Part shown: in pieces, positions 28,546 through 43,688 of the stretch | Numbering within the stretch: position 1 is the stretch's first letter | Layout: every line of letters starts with the position of its first letter | From: Octopus vulgaris | Lineage: Eukaryota | DNA: 64,000 nt | NCBI GenBank assembly: GCA_951406725.2 | Contig: OX597830.1 | Coordinates: forward strand, 15,004,001-15,068,000 | Direction: 5' to 3' | Program-made: the position numbers and the translations under genes | The notes under the pieces: model-generated | The model's input: the letters and a program-made list of their open reading frames with translations, nothing else | The model's database searches: none | What the model was told of the DNA's origin: nothing

Positions 28546-30396
28546 TGTGTGTGTACTTGTCTGTGTTTCTATGTATGTACGCTATGTATATATACTGATT
28601 TTAATCTGGGTATATTCCTGGTAGTATACCGTTTAACGCACGTTCGCTGTTTTCGGCTAGCTGATGTCATCAGTGATATGGATATAAATGCCATTGTATT
28701 TACTTTAGGAATTCACAACTGTCCGTCGACTAAATAACATGTGATGGAAAAAGAAAATGGAATTCCCGAGATTCTTTATTAATCACGATAGTTTCGACCC
28801 ATCGTGTATCGATTCCTCGCCGGTGAGTTTCTGTACAACTGGTTGTAGTGCATCGTTCGGTATAGATGAGCCTCGTCAGGTGACTTTGGAAACGATATCC
28901 CGCTCTTTAATCTCTGTTTCGGTTATTTCGATTCGAATACATTTCGTTGTTTGCCTGTAGCTAGTGGAATACTTGAGAGATTATGGCTCTAAATCATGAT
29001 CTCTCTCCTACGCTGCTAGTTACAGGCAAAGAACGAAATGTAATCTAAACGAAATAAGTGAAAGGGAAATTAAAGGGCGAGGTACATTCTGAAAAGTCAC
29101 CTGATGAGGCACATCTACACCGAGTGATGCTCCATAACAGATTGTACAGAATGTCACCAGCGAGAAATCGATGCACATGGGTTGAAACGATCGTAGTGAT
29201 TAACAATCTCGTGAACTCCATTTTTTTCTTTCTCTTACATATATGTATGCATGGTTGTATTATGTGTGTATGTGTGTGTGTGCGCACGCGCGTGTGGAGG
29301 CGAAGTATGCTTTTTAGAGAGTTGAGAATAACAGATTTTAGTTTTTTACTTATCGATTTTTGTGCCAAAGACCAAAATGGTTGGAGAAAATTCATTGGAT
29401 TTTGAAAACTGGAAAAGATATAAACAGTAGCATAGCTTTGGTGAAAAGAGGGAGATATATGAAGGCAGAACCATAAGATTAATCGAGAGAGAGAGAGATT
29501 ATGTATGTATATTGTAGCAAAAATGGTCGTGAGTGAGAGAGGGAGAGAGAAAGAAAGACAGAAAAAAGAGAGAAAGAGAGAGAGTGAGCCGATATAAGTA
29601 GATAGTAACAGAAGTTTGAGCAGAAGGGTGCCAAAAGTACCTCGAGATGGTATTCCTTTTTTGTACATCTATGGGCGGTCGCTCTATGAGGGTCGCTCAA
29701 CAATTATGAGAAATTTTGTTCGATCATACTGTGTTGCATGCTAGGCAAGTTTATTTTACTGTAGCCTTAGTTCGATCCGAATTTTGGGAAAACGATTTCA
29801 GTAGCCCTTAACTGAAATTAATTCACCCAACCCCCGGATGGAGAGGAGTAGTGATTCAACGGTTCAGCCTCCTCGCATACCGCGTCGCAACGATTTCACC
29901 AAGAACGTCACTAAAGCTATACACGTCTGTGGAATATTCGGCCACTTACACGTTAATATTACGAGTAGATTACGGTTGATTGATCAAATGATCGCAAATT
30001 GTGGAACAGACGGCAATCCAATAATGTTTCTGAAATAAATTTTAAAAACACGGACGGACTCGCCATAGTTCAACAAGCTAGGATTAACAGCCAAACCTTC
30101 CTCCAAGTACATCCAACACTGATCATCAAAGGAGACAAACGTTGGACAAAGAACGCTCTCTGTTACATACATACACACATTCAAACATACATACACATAC
30201 ACATACATACACATACACATACATGCATATATATATATATATATATACACATATATATATATATACACACACAGATACATGCATATATATAAGCATAAAT
30301 ACGAATACACACACAAATATATATACGCATACACACACACATATATATATACATATACATGCATATATATATACATACATACATACATACATACAT

Positions 30397-30444
<48 letters not shown>

Positions 30445-31096
30445 ATGTATTTATGTATGTATATATATATATATATATATACCAGTACACATACATACAC
30501 AGCACACATACATATGTGTATATATATACTTATGTATATACATAAGTTGTGATGGCCATGAATGAAATAGCTCTCTTCTTTGATCTTAGGTTTGTTCAAT
30601 CAAGGTTAGACTAAGCTAAATATAGAAAAGATAATGCAAATATACAAACAAACAGAATGGTGAGATCCATGGGTCAATTCACTCGCGGTTGAACTAGAAC
30701 TTAACAACAACAACAACAACAACAGCAACGACGACAGTCGGGGTATTTCGTCTCTGAGCCATTGCGAAAAACAAAAAGGAAAAAAAAAAAAGACCAACAA
30801 AAAAATGGCCGTTTTATTCCAAGTGTCATTTGACAATGTTCTTTATCCAAAATAGAAAGTTATTGGCTGACAGCAGATAGCAGCAACGCAGCGGCAATTG
30901 GTGGTAACAAACAAATAAAAAATGATGATAAACAAAAACAATATATTATGCGTCACCGTTGGCTTATATTGATAAACTGACGATCCGCTCTGTTTACTTT
31001 GGTTTTTCATTGCATACTCTTTTTGTGTTTTGTTATTCAATGTGACCAAATGAATGGTATGACTAACGGAATTAATGTACACATACCTACACATAC

Positions 31097-31140
<44 letters not shown>

Positions 31141-31225
31141 TGGCATACATACATGCACCCACGTTCTTACATTTTATATTCACATACATACTTGTCCACG
31201 CGCATATGCATAATTGTGTGTGTGT

Positions 31226-31284
<59 letters not shown>

Positions 31285-31431
31285 TGAGTGTGTGTACAAA
31301 TAAGTGAAAAGGGGCTGGAACATGTATAAATATGTGCGTAGCTAAAGTAAGTACAAATACATATGCATATATATAATATATAATCCATATATGCACGTAT
31401 ATATATGTATATTTATGCAAACACATACACA

Positions 31432-31469
<38 letters not shown>

Positions 31470-31504
31470 CACGTATATGATTCTGCATATATATACATAT
31501 GTAC

Positions 31505-31594
<90 letters not shown>

Positions 31595-31747
31595 TTATGT
31601 ATACATGTGTATGTATGTAAGAATGTAGGTATATACATATATTTCTAAGTATTTCACCCAAGTAAGCCAAAAATACTGAACGATAATATATTCCGTTTCA
31701 TATATTTCTAAAGTAGCCTAACTTCAAACTATATATTTCTATATTTA

Positions 31748-31810
31748 ACAGATGAGGAATTATGTACATTCCGTCGAATGTAAATAATGTAAACAATGTA
31801 AAGAATGTTC
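31748..31810. mobile_element. Miniature remnant of the 56.7-57.8 kb inverted element (outer ends only)
   Basis: GATGAGGAATTATGTACATT (compare 56707) joined directly to CCGTCGAATGTAAATAATGTAAACA (compare 57760). Confidence 0.7.
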
Positions 31811-32082
31811 AAACTGTAAGCCTTCAACCTTCCCATGGGTCGGTGGCTGATGACTAAACTGCTCCCGTCTGGGCTTTCACAATGAGGTGGATGTTTAGGC
31901 ACCCAGCAGACTTAATAAATAAAACCAACCATTGGTGAATGAGCATCTAAGGAGCCAATATTAGAAATATCTTGGCGTTGAGGATAAATACCACAAGGAA
32001 CATCCTGACCAAGAAAATATTTGAGAGCAATTTATACCAATATCTTATTCTGTATCGGATTGGTTGGATGTATAAATATATA

Positions 32083-32275
32083 CGAGGGGTTGCTGAAAAG
32101 TTCCTGGCTTCAGGGGTAATCTTGAAAGGCGTGGTTGGAGGCCCCTTTTTCAGAGTTCTTTTACAAGTTTTAATCTGTGAATCTGAGAGGTGGAATATGT
32201 TGAATAAAATCCTAATTAACTGATCCTCCTGTATTTTCTTTTACGCAAAGCCTGGAACTTTTCAGTACCATCTCA
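32083..32275. mobile_element. mariner-type MITE
   Basis: Imperfect TIRs CGAGGGGTTGCTGAAAAGTTCCTGGCTT / AAGCCTGGAACTTTTCAGTACCATCTCA; TA on both sides. Confidence 0.8.
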
Positions 32276-32980
32276 TATAAAGGGCAAGGATCAAGAATGC
32301 TGAAGAAGCTATGGGTCGAGAATGCTGGAGAAAGTACGTGTCTAATGTTCATAGAATGAAACAAAATAAGATTCTGTGACTGTTGTTGCATCCTCACTAC
32401 AAGGGGTCTTTCATCCTTTATTTGTTTCAGTAATTTGGTTGCGCCTGTGCTGGGGCTACGCCTTGAAGAATTTCGATGTAAAAAGGAAACAAACCCAGTA
32501 CTTATTTTCTTCTTTTTTAACCATAATACTTATTCTGTCGGTCACTTTTGTCAAACCTACAAGATACGGGTATATAAACACACCAACGCCGGTTGTCAAG
32601 AGGTGAATGGAGAAAAGCATAGACACGAAGACACTCCAAAGGCAGTGAGCTGGCAGAATCATTAGCACTCCACAGACACAGGTGCCCTTATGCATAGTTC
32701 TCAAGGAGATTGAGCGTGACATAGAATGTGACAAGGGTGGTGCCTTGGAATTTCAGATACGGCTCACTTTTGCTACTCATTGAGAATCGACAGGATGAAA
32801 TAGAGTGTCTTGCTGAAGGGCACAACGTTCAGCCAAGTGTCGAAGTCACGACCTTACAAATGAGACTGCATGCTCTAACCACTAACAACAGAAATATTCG
32901 TCCCATCCATGACTGCCACATAATGTTGGCAAATAGTCTTTACTTTACACACACACACTCACACACACACACACACACAC

Positions 32981-33024
<44 letters not shown>

Positions 33025-33028
<4 letters not shown>

Positions 33029-33188
33029 CTGAAATTTAAAGAAAAACAAAAGACGAAGACAGGTATAGAAACAATAAACATGTGTATTAGTTTGACGCTC
33101 GGGAAGGCGAGAAAGTCTTTTACGTTTCGAGCCAACGCTCTTCAACAGAAAGGAACACGAGGAAATAAACACAGTGAGAGGGAGAAAG

Positions 33189-33236
<48 letters not shown>

Positions 33237-33272
33237 AAAATAAAACTTGTTGATTTAGCAGTCAATCATGTT
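33025..33272 (-). mobile_element. PLE-type terminal fragment with variant hammerhead
   Basis: Same family as 12406-12517; 3' end at (TA)n. Confidence 0.75.
33117..33152 (-). ncRNA. Hammerhead-like motif with variant core CUGUUGA
   Basis: CUUU-CUGUUGA-A-GAGC(GUUG)GCUC-GAA-ACGU-A-AAAG. Confidence 0.55.
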
Positions 33273-33659
33273 TATAAAGTAAAGACTATTTGCCAACATA
33301 ATGTGGCAATAGAGGTTTATTGACGAAGGAGATTGTCAATTTTTCCAATATCGAAGTTCGATGAGCTTAAAATAGTTATTTTATAGTTGGTGGTTAGCAA
33401 CGATGGTTGTATGCGAATGAATATCTAAATTTTGGAATGGAGTCGGTAGAATCCAGGCTACATATGTTTCCTAGCCAGCGGAACCTGAGAAGTAATAATT
33501 ACTCAACGTGGGATACTCAGCTAGCCATTCACCAAGTCGGAGATACCTTAATGAAGTGAAGTCACATTCATATCAAGGGATCCAAAGCGAAATTGCAGGA
33601 ATGTGTGTGTGTGTGTGCGTACGAATGTGCGCGTATATCTTTCTTTTATTTCTTTTACC

Positions 33660-33854
33660 TTCTTTTACTTGTTTCAGTCATTTGACTGCGGCCATGCTGG
33701 AGCACCGCCTTTTAGTCGAGCAAATCGACCCCGGAACTTATTCTTTGTAAGCCCAGTACTTATTCTATCGGTCTCTTTTTGCCGAACCGCTAAATGACGG
33801 GGACGTAAACACACCAGCATCGGTTGTCAAGCAATGCTAGGGGGACAAATACAC

Positions 33855-33915
<61 letters not shown>

Positions 33916-34074
33916 TACGACAGGCTTCTTTCAGTTTCCGTCTACCAAATCCACTCACAAGGCATTGGTCGGCCCCAGGCTATAGTAGAAGACACTTGCC
34001 CAAGATGCCACGCAGTGGGACTGAACCCGGAACCATGTGGTTGGTTAGCAAGCTACTTACCACACAGCCACTCC
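33660..34074 (-). mobile_element. SINE family A, young near-full copy
   Basis: Close reverse complement of 61357-61765. Confidence 0.93.
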
Positions 34075-34530
34075 ATATATATATATATATATATATATGA
34101 ACATAGTCCAGGTCCAGACAACAGAAACCAAAACTATACGAGATCCAAGGGGAATAACAACAATAGCAAAAGTGCAGCAATTGTCATAATATACTCCAAA
34201 AATCCTAAGCATGCCTGGTTAAACCTCCAGGTCAGTGGAGACTGGAAGAACGTCATCGGAATGTACATTCCAAAGGAATCCGTCTCTAAGGAGACTGGCA
34301 ACTTTTCTAACAAGAATCAAAATTGCGATATTAAGCAAGCTAATCCACTGCTCTCTCCCCACTCTCTCTTTCTCTCCTTTCCCTTTCACTTTCTCTCTCT
34401 TACACTGACTTCCGCTCACACTGTTTCTCTCTTTCTCTCTCTCAGTATCTCTCTTACCTTCCACTTCCTTATCTCTCTCTCTCTCTCTCTCTGCATATAT
34501 ATTTGTCACACACCCATGCACATTTAAATA

Positions 34531-34597
<67 letters not shown>

Positions 34598-34659
34598 ATA
34601 TTTCGGAATGGTCATATTGCCAGTTTAGACAATAAATCTTGCACAACAAATATTTAAAC

Positions 34660-34748
<89 letters not shown>

Positions 34749-34797
34749 CATATAAGTATGTATGTATACATAAATGTGCGTGTGCGTAAATATATAA

Positions 34798-34840
<43 letters not shown>

Positions 34841-35227
34841 TATATAAACATATATACACATACATACATACATACATACATACACACACTCACACACATA
34901 CGTTGGGTACTCATCACCTGTGACTATTCACAAAGCAGAAGGTAGCGAGACGGCTGAATCCTTACCACACCGAGTAAAATACTTATCGGAATTTCGAAGG
35001 TCTTCATGCTCTGAGTTCAAATCCTGCAGTGTTTGACTTTGCCGTTCATATTATTGGGGATCGATGAAATGAGTACCAGTTGAACGCTGAGGACAATCTA
35101 ATCGACTTACCCTTCCTCCGAAATATCAGACCTTTTTTCCAAAATTTGAAACCCGTATTTACAAATCAGAATATATTGTCATACATGTGTCCTGACATTT
35201 GAATCATACAGTTCTTACCATGGTTAT

Positions 35228-35555
35228 CCCAGACCGGGCGTTGTGAGTGTTTATTGAGCGAAAACACCTAAAAGCTCCTTGAGGCTCCGGCAGGGGATGG
35301 TGGTGATCCCTGCTGTACTCTTTCACCACAACTTTCTCTCACTCTTACTTCCTGTTTCTGTTGTACCTGTATTTTCAAAGGGCTGGCCTTGTCACTCTCT
35401 CTGTGTCACGCTGAATATCCCCGAGAACTACGTTAAGGGTACACGACGTGTCTGTGGAATGCTCAGCCACTTACACGTTAATTTCACGAGCAGGCTGTTC
35501 CGTTGATTCGGATCAACCGGAACCCTCGTCGTCGTAACCGACGGAGTGCTTCCAT
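35228..35555 (+). mobile_element. SINE family C, 5'-truncated, alternative tail (tail relic also at 29870-30020)
   Basis: CAGACCGGGCG..GAGCGAAAACACCTAA shared with the 9376 copy; 3' half differs. Confidence 0.8.
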
Positions 35556-35729
35556 TCCACCATGGTTATGTTTCGCCAAAATGTTAGTCTAAATTACTCG
35601 AGTGAAGCAGATGCAGACTCTGAACCTCACTCAACTCTTCTCCCGATCTTGTCTTGTAAAAGGAAGTATATGCCTATACGTCGCTTATTCATGTATTTGG
35701 CTTCTTTTGTATGTATATATATATAAAGA

Positions 35730-35770
<41 letters not shown>

Positions 35771-35772
35771 CT

Positions 35773-37420
<1,648 letters not shown>

Positions 37421-37686
37421 CCACATAATTGTTTTGTATTGTCAGTATCAATACCCTATAACAGGCACGAGCGTTACACCTTAACCAAAGAAAATACCCA
37501 TCAATAAGGGTCACCACACATTGCTGGATTCGATAGATCCCTATTCTTTAAGAGATTCACAATTGATAATACGCGTATAGACGCGTTTGTCTGTGTTTTA
37601 CAACGGCAAACTGTCTGAATGACATTATGTGATATAGATAATATAATTGAGGCTATAGCTAAAGTATTATCATTATAATCATCACC

Positions 37687-37720
<34 letters not shown>

Positions 37721-38717
37721 TCATATTCATTATATTCATCGTCATCATCATCATCATTGTTTAAAGCAGCCGTGCCTTAGTAAAGCAGCAAGAACTACTT
37801 TTTGTAATAAATTCCAACTGGGACATCTCGTTTTCAAATTGACGTCATTTGAGATGAGAGAGGAAAAAAAATGGCTCAAAAAACAGATCAAGAAAAAGAG
37901 AGAGAGAAAAAGAGAGAGAGAGAGAAAAAAAATCACGAAAAGAAAATGGAGTTTGAAAAAAATCAACTAAAGAAAAACACTATAAATGTAACCCATTATA
38001 GAAACTAGATTTCAAACTAATTGCTTGTTTACGATGTTTCGATCATTTTTACTAGTACCTTCACCGATTTAACATAAATACATTTAGAAATTTAATTTTT
38101 ATTTCGAAAAAAAAAAAAAAAGCATCGACTGAAAATAAATTAGCTAATAATAATGCTGCAGGGAAATACCATACGCTTTGAGAGCATGCATCTTGAAATA
38201 CATTTCTTTTTCAAAAAATATATCGAATAGAAAAAAATATAATGAGAAAAATGTATAGAAAAACTCTGTATGAAATCTATAAACGAAGATATGGTAAGAG
38301 GGAGAGAAAAAAATGTTGACAATATATACATTTATAGTCATTAAAATATTAAGTAAAGAAGAACTATACTATTCTGAATTTCCGGCCTATTTCTGGAACA
38401 CTTTCAGCAGAATTCCAATGTGTTTCTGGGTAATTTAGCCCTGAACTAGACAACACATTGGCATTTGTTAATATTGATTTCAAATTTTTGGCACAATGCC
38501 AGCAATATTAGGGGAGGAGTTATAAGTCGATTATATCGACCTCAGTGTTCGATTCGTACTTATTTTATCGACCCTGAAAAGATGAAAGGTAAAGTCGGCC
38601 TCGGCAGAATTTGAACCAGAACGTGAGAGCGGAGTAGATGCTGCTAAGCATTTTGCTTGGTGTGCTGACGACTCTGACAGCTTGCCGTCCTGACATTGGT
38701 CGATATTGCCAACGAAT

Positions 38718-38950
38718 AAGGCGGCGAGCTGGCAGAAACGTTAGCACGCCGGGCGAAATGCTTAGTGGTATTTTGTCTGTCGCTACGCTCTGAGTTCAAA
38801 TTCCGCCGAGGTCGACTTTGCCTTTCATCCTTTCGGGGTCGATTAAATAAGTACCAGTTACGCACTGGGGTCGATATAATCGACTTGATCCGTTTGTCTG
38901 TCCTTGTTTGTCCTCTCTGTGTTTAGCCCCTTGTGGGTAGTAAAGAAATA
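38718..38950 (+). mobile_element. SINE B, full length, 16-bp TSD (older minus-strand copy at 38475-38690)
   Basis: GATATTGCCAACGAAT at 38702-38717 and 38951-38966. Confidence 0.95.
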
Positions 38951-39246
38951 GATATTGCCAACGAATCATTAGAGCTAGGATTCTAGTCTTCAGTTGGAGA
39001 TATGTCACTATTATTTGGAAAAACATGAGTGTTTCAACATCCCATTTCACTCTTGTTTGCTGTGGGAATAAGTAAGAAAACAGCTGTAAGTACAAAATGA
39101 AAATCTCTTGTCATATTTGACACCGACATCAAGCATCTTTAGAAATGGAGGTTTCCATGGTAATATTGTTGTTGCTATTTAGCTTATGAATTGATGTCAT
39201 AGCCCCCGACATAGGTTGTTCTTATTATTTAGCATCTGGAATATTG

Positions 39247-39362
39247 TGGAGCTTTAGGTGTTTTCGCTCAATAAACACACACAACGCCCGGTCTGGGAAT
39301 CGAAACCGCGATCCTCCGACCGCGAGTCCGCTGCCCTAACCGTTGGGCCATTGCGCCTCCAC
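39247..39362 (-). mobile_element. SINE family C head only
   Basis: Reverse complement GGAGGCGCAATGGCCCAACGGTTAGGGCAGCGGACTCGCGGTCG..GGTTTCGATTCCCAGACCGGGCG. Confidence 0.85.
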
Positions 39363-40359
39363 TAGATGCTGCTGTTGATGTGGTTGCTGAATAGCCTCAG
39401 GCGCTTCTTCGCGACGAGGCCAATGACCAAAGACATTCTGAACGTCATCCTCACCATTCTTTTTTTTTTTTTTTGTCCATGCGATATAAAAATAAATGTA
39501 TCCTTTCATTTTTATGACGGTAGGATATAATTTGGAGATTTTGTTATTATTTCTAACTGGTAACCGAGCGACCACTTGGGAGTTTGTTCGTTGGTACACG
39601 TCACCATGTTGCATTACAGAGAGGATCAGGCGCAGGTAGGAGCGAGCATGGTGTCTGTAGTGGGTTAATCAATGGCTATGTTTTATTCTCTGAAAACTTT
39701 TTTAAATTCCTTGCCTTTACAGGTGCCACCGACGGAACATTGCTGGCAGGAAATAAGTTGTATAGGCACGACTGTGTGATTATCCGAAGCTCTATGGGCA
39801 CGGCAATGTGATTATCTGAAGCTGTGCTATATACACGGAGAACAACAAAACCATTCTCCAATGCACTCCTTCAGTGACAGAATACTGTTGACCCTATTAT
39901 CAACCGACTGTTATCGCGTGTAGAACGGATCCAGCTGCCATACAAGTCTATTGTAATGGTCGCCCCTCACCCTTCCTTTTGGCAAGGAAAGGCCAGCAGT
40001 TTTCCTCTGCTAAGGGAAAAGAGGTAGTATGGTAGGCACGTCAGAGACGGTTGAGGACGGGACTTTTCCTCTCCGATCAAAACTTCCATCAAATTCTCTA
40101 AGTACCACTTGAAGAGGAATGTGAAGGTGGGGAGAAACTAGCTCTGCTTTCTAGGAAATTTTCTGAATGGCCTTTGAGAATGGTGAGTTTGGCGTCAATG
40201 TATTGTTATACTGCCTGTAATATAGGAGCCCTTTCTAAGATTTCTTATCGAGCCGTATTTTTATTTTTTAATTCTTAATTTTTTTTTTTTTTTTGTAATT
40301 TTCTCATCACTTGCCTTTCTTGCAAATAAAGAAATTACCATTGAAACAACACATCGCCC

Positions 40360-40434
40360 TCATCCTCATCATTATCATAATCATCATCATCATCATCATC
40401 GTCGTCGTCGTCGTCGTCATCATTATCATCATCG

Positions 40435-40466
<32 letters not shown>

Positions 40467-40491
40467 GTCGTCGTCGTCATTATCATCATCG

Positions 40492-40526
<35 letters not shown>

Positions 40527-40610
40527 GTCGTCGTCGTCGTCATCATTATCATCATCATTATCATCATCATCATCATCATCACAGTCACTGTCGTCTTAGT
40601 CATTGTTGTT
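40360..40610. repeat. (CAT)n/(CGT)n tract
   Basis: Direct inspection. Confidence 0.95.
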
Positions 40611-40899
40611 GATGATGTTGATTGTTGCTGCTGCTGTTCCTTTTGTGTTGGTGATTTGCTACTTGTGATTCATCAGACCATTCAATATCCTGCGTCCCAT
40701 ACGTGACCATCATATCTCTTTTTCAATGTATCTAAGCATTACAGTATGCTTACACAAGCATTTACCACCTGCGACACTTGGGCCACTTGCGGCTCTCTAT
40801 GATTATTTGTCTAGCACATGAATGTCATCCACCTAACACCTCTGTCCGCCAGTCTTGGAAGGATCCCCAGTCATCTCCTCCATAGGCTTCTATCAGAAG

Positions 40900-41510
40900 G
40901 AACGGGCACTGCACTTTCTCACTGGAGTCATAAGCGTGACCAACTGTGACTAGGAATATTACCCAGCCATCTCTCGCTCTTGGTCCAATCCTAGGTGTCC
41001 TGTCAGTTGACTCGGCTTAAAAAAACTGTGTTGCGTTTCTTGGTTTCTCAGTAGAGAGAAATAGCGGTTCAATCTGGAGAGATTCCTCTGTCTGATCTCC
41101 GAGCCACATACTCTCTTAAGTTACTCCAGAGATCCTTCAGAGAAATTCTATTTCGGTCATATATATTCGCTATAGAACCCTTCTGGTCATTACCCAACAT
41201 TCATGATTATAGGTGAGGATAAGCATGAAAACCGAACTGAAGATAGTGAGTTGTACATTTTTTTTTTTTTACCTACATCTCCTCTTCGGAGGATTGAAAG
41301 CTGAATTTGGTTCAGTACTGTGCCAGTACATGCAATTCTAGCATACTCCTCCGTTTGCCATCACTCGTGAATACGGCCCCCACATACTTCATACTTTTTA
41401 ACTTATCTCGGCGATGTTTGACTAACTTGTTATGCAAAGTGCACTGGGAAGTCTTTTTTGAGAAGATAGATATATGTCTCTGCAACAGCGAGCCCATTCC
41501 GTGCATGCTG
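40900..41510 (-). mobile_element. Decayed RTE-clade LINE (Expander/Rex3-like)
   Basis: MKYVGAVFTSDG and IFSSVFMLILTYNHECWVMT remnants. Confidence 0.65.
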
Positions 41511-42009
41511 GAGACAACCCTCTGATGAGCCGAGTACAAGAATGCAGAAATTCACCAAATATATTCTGTTATGTGTGTGGATACTATGTTGGAAGAAAGT
41601 ATGTAGCATATAAAAAAGGGGCTAAGTACTGGATTGCTTATAGACTGTATTTTGGAATGAGTATGGGTGATCAAGGAAACCTATGTGATATGTGGAATTT
41701 GTAGATCGAATTTAGATGGATGGCTTAGAGGTCCAAGAAAACAATGTCTTTCGCTGTTCCGGGAGTTTGGCGAGAGCCAAACAATCATCACGATGATTGC
41801 TATTTTTTGCATGGTTGATATATCAAAGTACAGAATAGTTAAGGGAAGAAAAACCTTTCCGTATCCCAGCATTCAATCCTCAATTGCACCTCTACCACAT
41901 GATGATAACTTACTGGTTCCACGGCTGCCAGAAAAGGTTAGTACATCCTATCAAAGTGTTAATAAATTTAAATTCCATTCATGGTAACAGAATCAATATT
42001 GAAATATGT

Positions 42010-42303
42010 GATGACCTGCTCCAGAGCGTCGGCTGAGGGGTTACTCCGAAAGGCTCTATCTGCGACGATTTCATCTCAATCGAAGGAGAGAGGCTTTCTC
42101 CGTCCGGGTTGCGGATCCGTAGAATAAGCTGCAGGACGAGATAGTGAAGATGCCGACGACCGCTCGGTTCAAAGTCTCTCTTGACCAGAAATGGCCTGAA
42201 TTCTTTGCATGAACACCCTCCCTGTACATAACTCCATGTCCCCCTACATGGCCTTGCTTTTTGCTTTTCGAGCCAAAAAATTAAATTAACTTAACTTAAC
42301 TTA
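42010..42303 (+). mobile_element. CR1 LINE 3' end inside the transposase intron
   Basis: RLRGYSERLYLRRFHLNRRREAFSVRVADP*NKL...FKVSLD; (AACTT)n tail. Confidence 0.85.
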
Positions 42304-43371
42304 TTATCGACATAAAATTCTTATTACAGTTTCAACTATTAAATGCAACCTTTAAAATTTTTCAGGTAGAGGATATGATGGAGGTCTCAGCTGGAGAGTT
42401 TGGAGGTGGCGACAACAAAGAAATGGATGAAACATTTGAGCGAGGAACGAACACCTGCCCACACTCTCCAAATCAACGTGAACTGGATGATTTCATTAGG
42501 GACTTAGGTCTCACTAAGTCAGAAGCTGAGCATTTGTCATCCAGGCTGAATGAATGGAGTCTCTTGAGAATGGACTGCAGATTCACAGTATACAGGAGGC
42601 GCCATGAGGAATTCGAAGTATACTTTGACATAAATGAGAATCTCTGCTTCTGCAAAGATATAACTGTCTTGTTTACAGCTATTGGAATTGGTCACAACCC
42701 TGACGAATGGCGACTTTTCATAGACAGCTCGGCAAAAAGCCTCAAAATCGTTTTATTACACAATTGAAATCGGCATCCATTCCTGCCTATTGTATACTCG
42801 GCACAGATGAAGGAAGAAAATGACAATGTAAAAGAACTTCTTGAGAAAGTAAACTATAAGTTTAAATGGGACGTTTTTGGTGACTTTAAAATGATGGCCT
42901 TCTTACTTGAATTACAGAGGTGGGTTCACAAATTATTCGTGTTTTGTTTACCTATGGGACAGTAGGGCTGATCATGAACATTACCAGAAAGCTGATTGGC
43001 CCCCACGAGATGACTTCCAGTCACGAAAGCTAAATGTTATAAGACAACCTCTTGTAGAGCGTGCAAAATTGTTGTTACCTCCACTTCACATAAAGCTGAG
43101 TTTTGTCAAGCAGTTTGTAAAGGCTTTTGATCGTGGTGGAGAAGCATTTCAAGAGATTCGCCTATTCTTTCCACAGTTATCTGAGGCAAAAGTAGAGGGC
43201 TGTATATTTACTGGACGACAAGTAAGGAAAATGCTGAGGTCAGTAAAACTTGAAAATGTGATGAGTGAACCTAGAAAGAGAGGCATGGTGTGTATTTCGA
43301 GATATTGTCAATGGATTCCTTCGCAATAACAATGACGCAAACTACAAGCAGCTCGTAGTAAAACTTATTGA

Positions 43372-43688
43372 GAGTTATCAACCACCTCACCAACAACAAC
43401 ACTGAACACCTTTTTGATCTCCATGTGTGTAACACACGTGGACATGCCTACAAAGTCAGAAAACAACACAGCTCCCATGACTTTCGGAAACATTTCTTCA
43501 CGCTCAGTTGCTGAAGAATGGAATAAACTGCCTGCGTCAGTTGTTGACTGCCATGACACTTCATCCTTTAAGGCCCTCATGCTTTCCGAAATCCGCCGAA
43601 ACTACACCTGATTATATATACACTTTAGATGAGTTGTAGTGCACCTGAGCTCTGTACACAATGTTTTTTATTATTATTTTATTTTATA
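43372..43688 (+). mobile_element. CR1 LINE 3' end (second family) interrupting transposase exon 2
   Basis: NTRGHAYKVRKQ..RKHFF..WNKLPASVV..SSFK; (TTA)n tail; transposase resumes YKNLDCRM. Confidence 0.85.
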
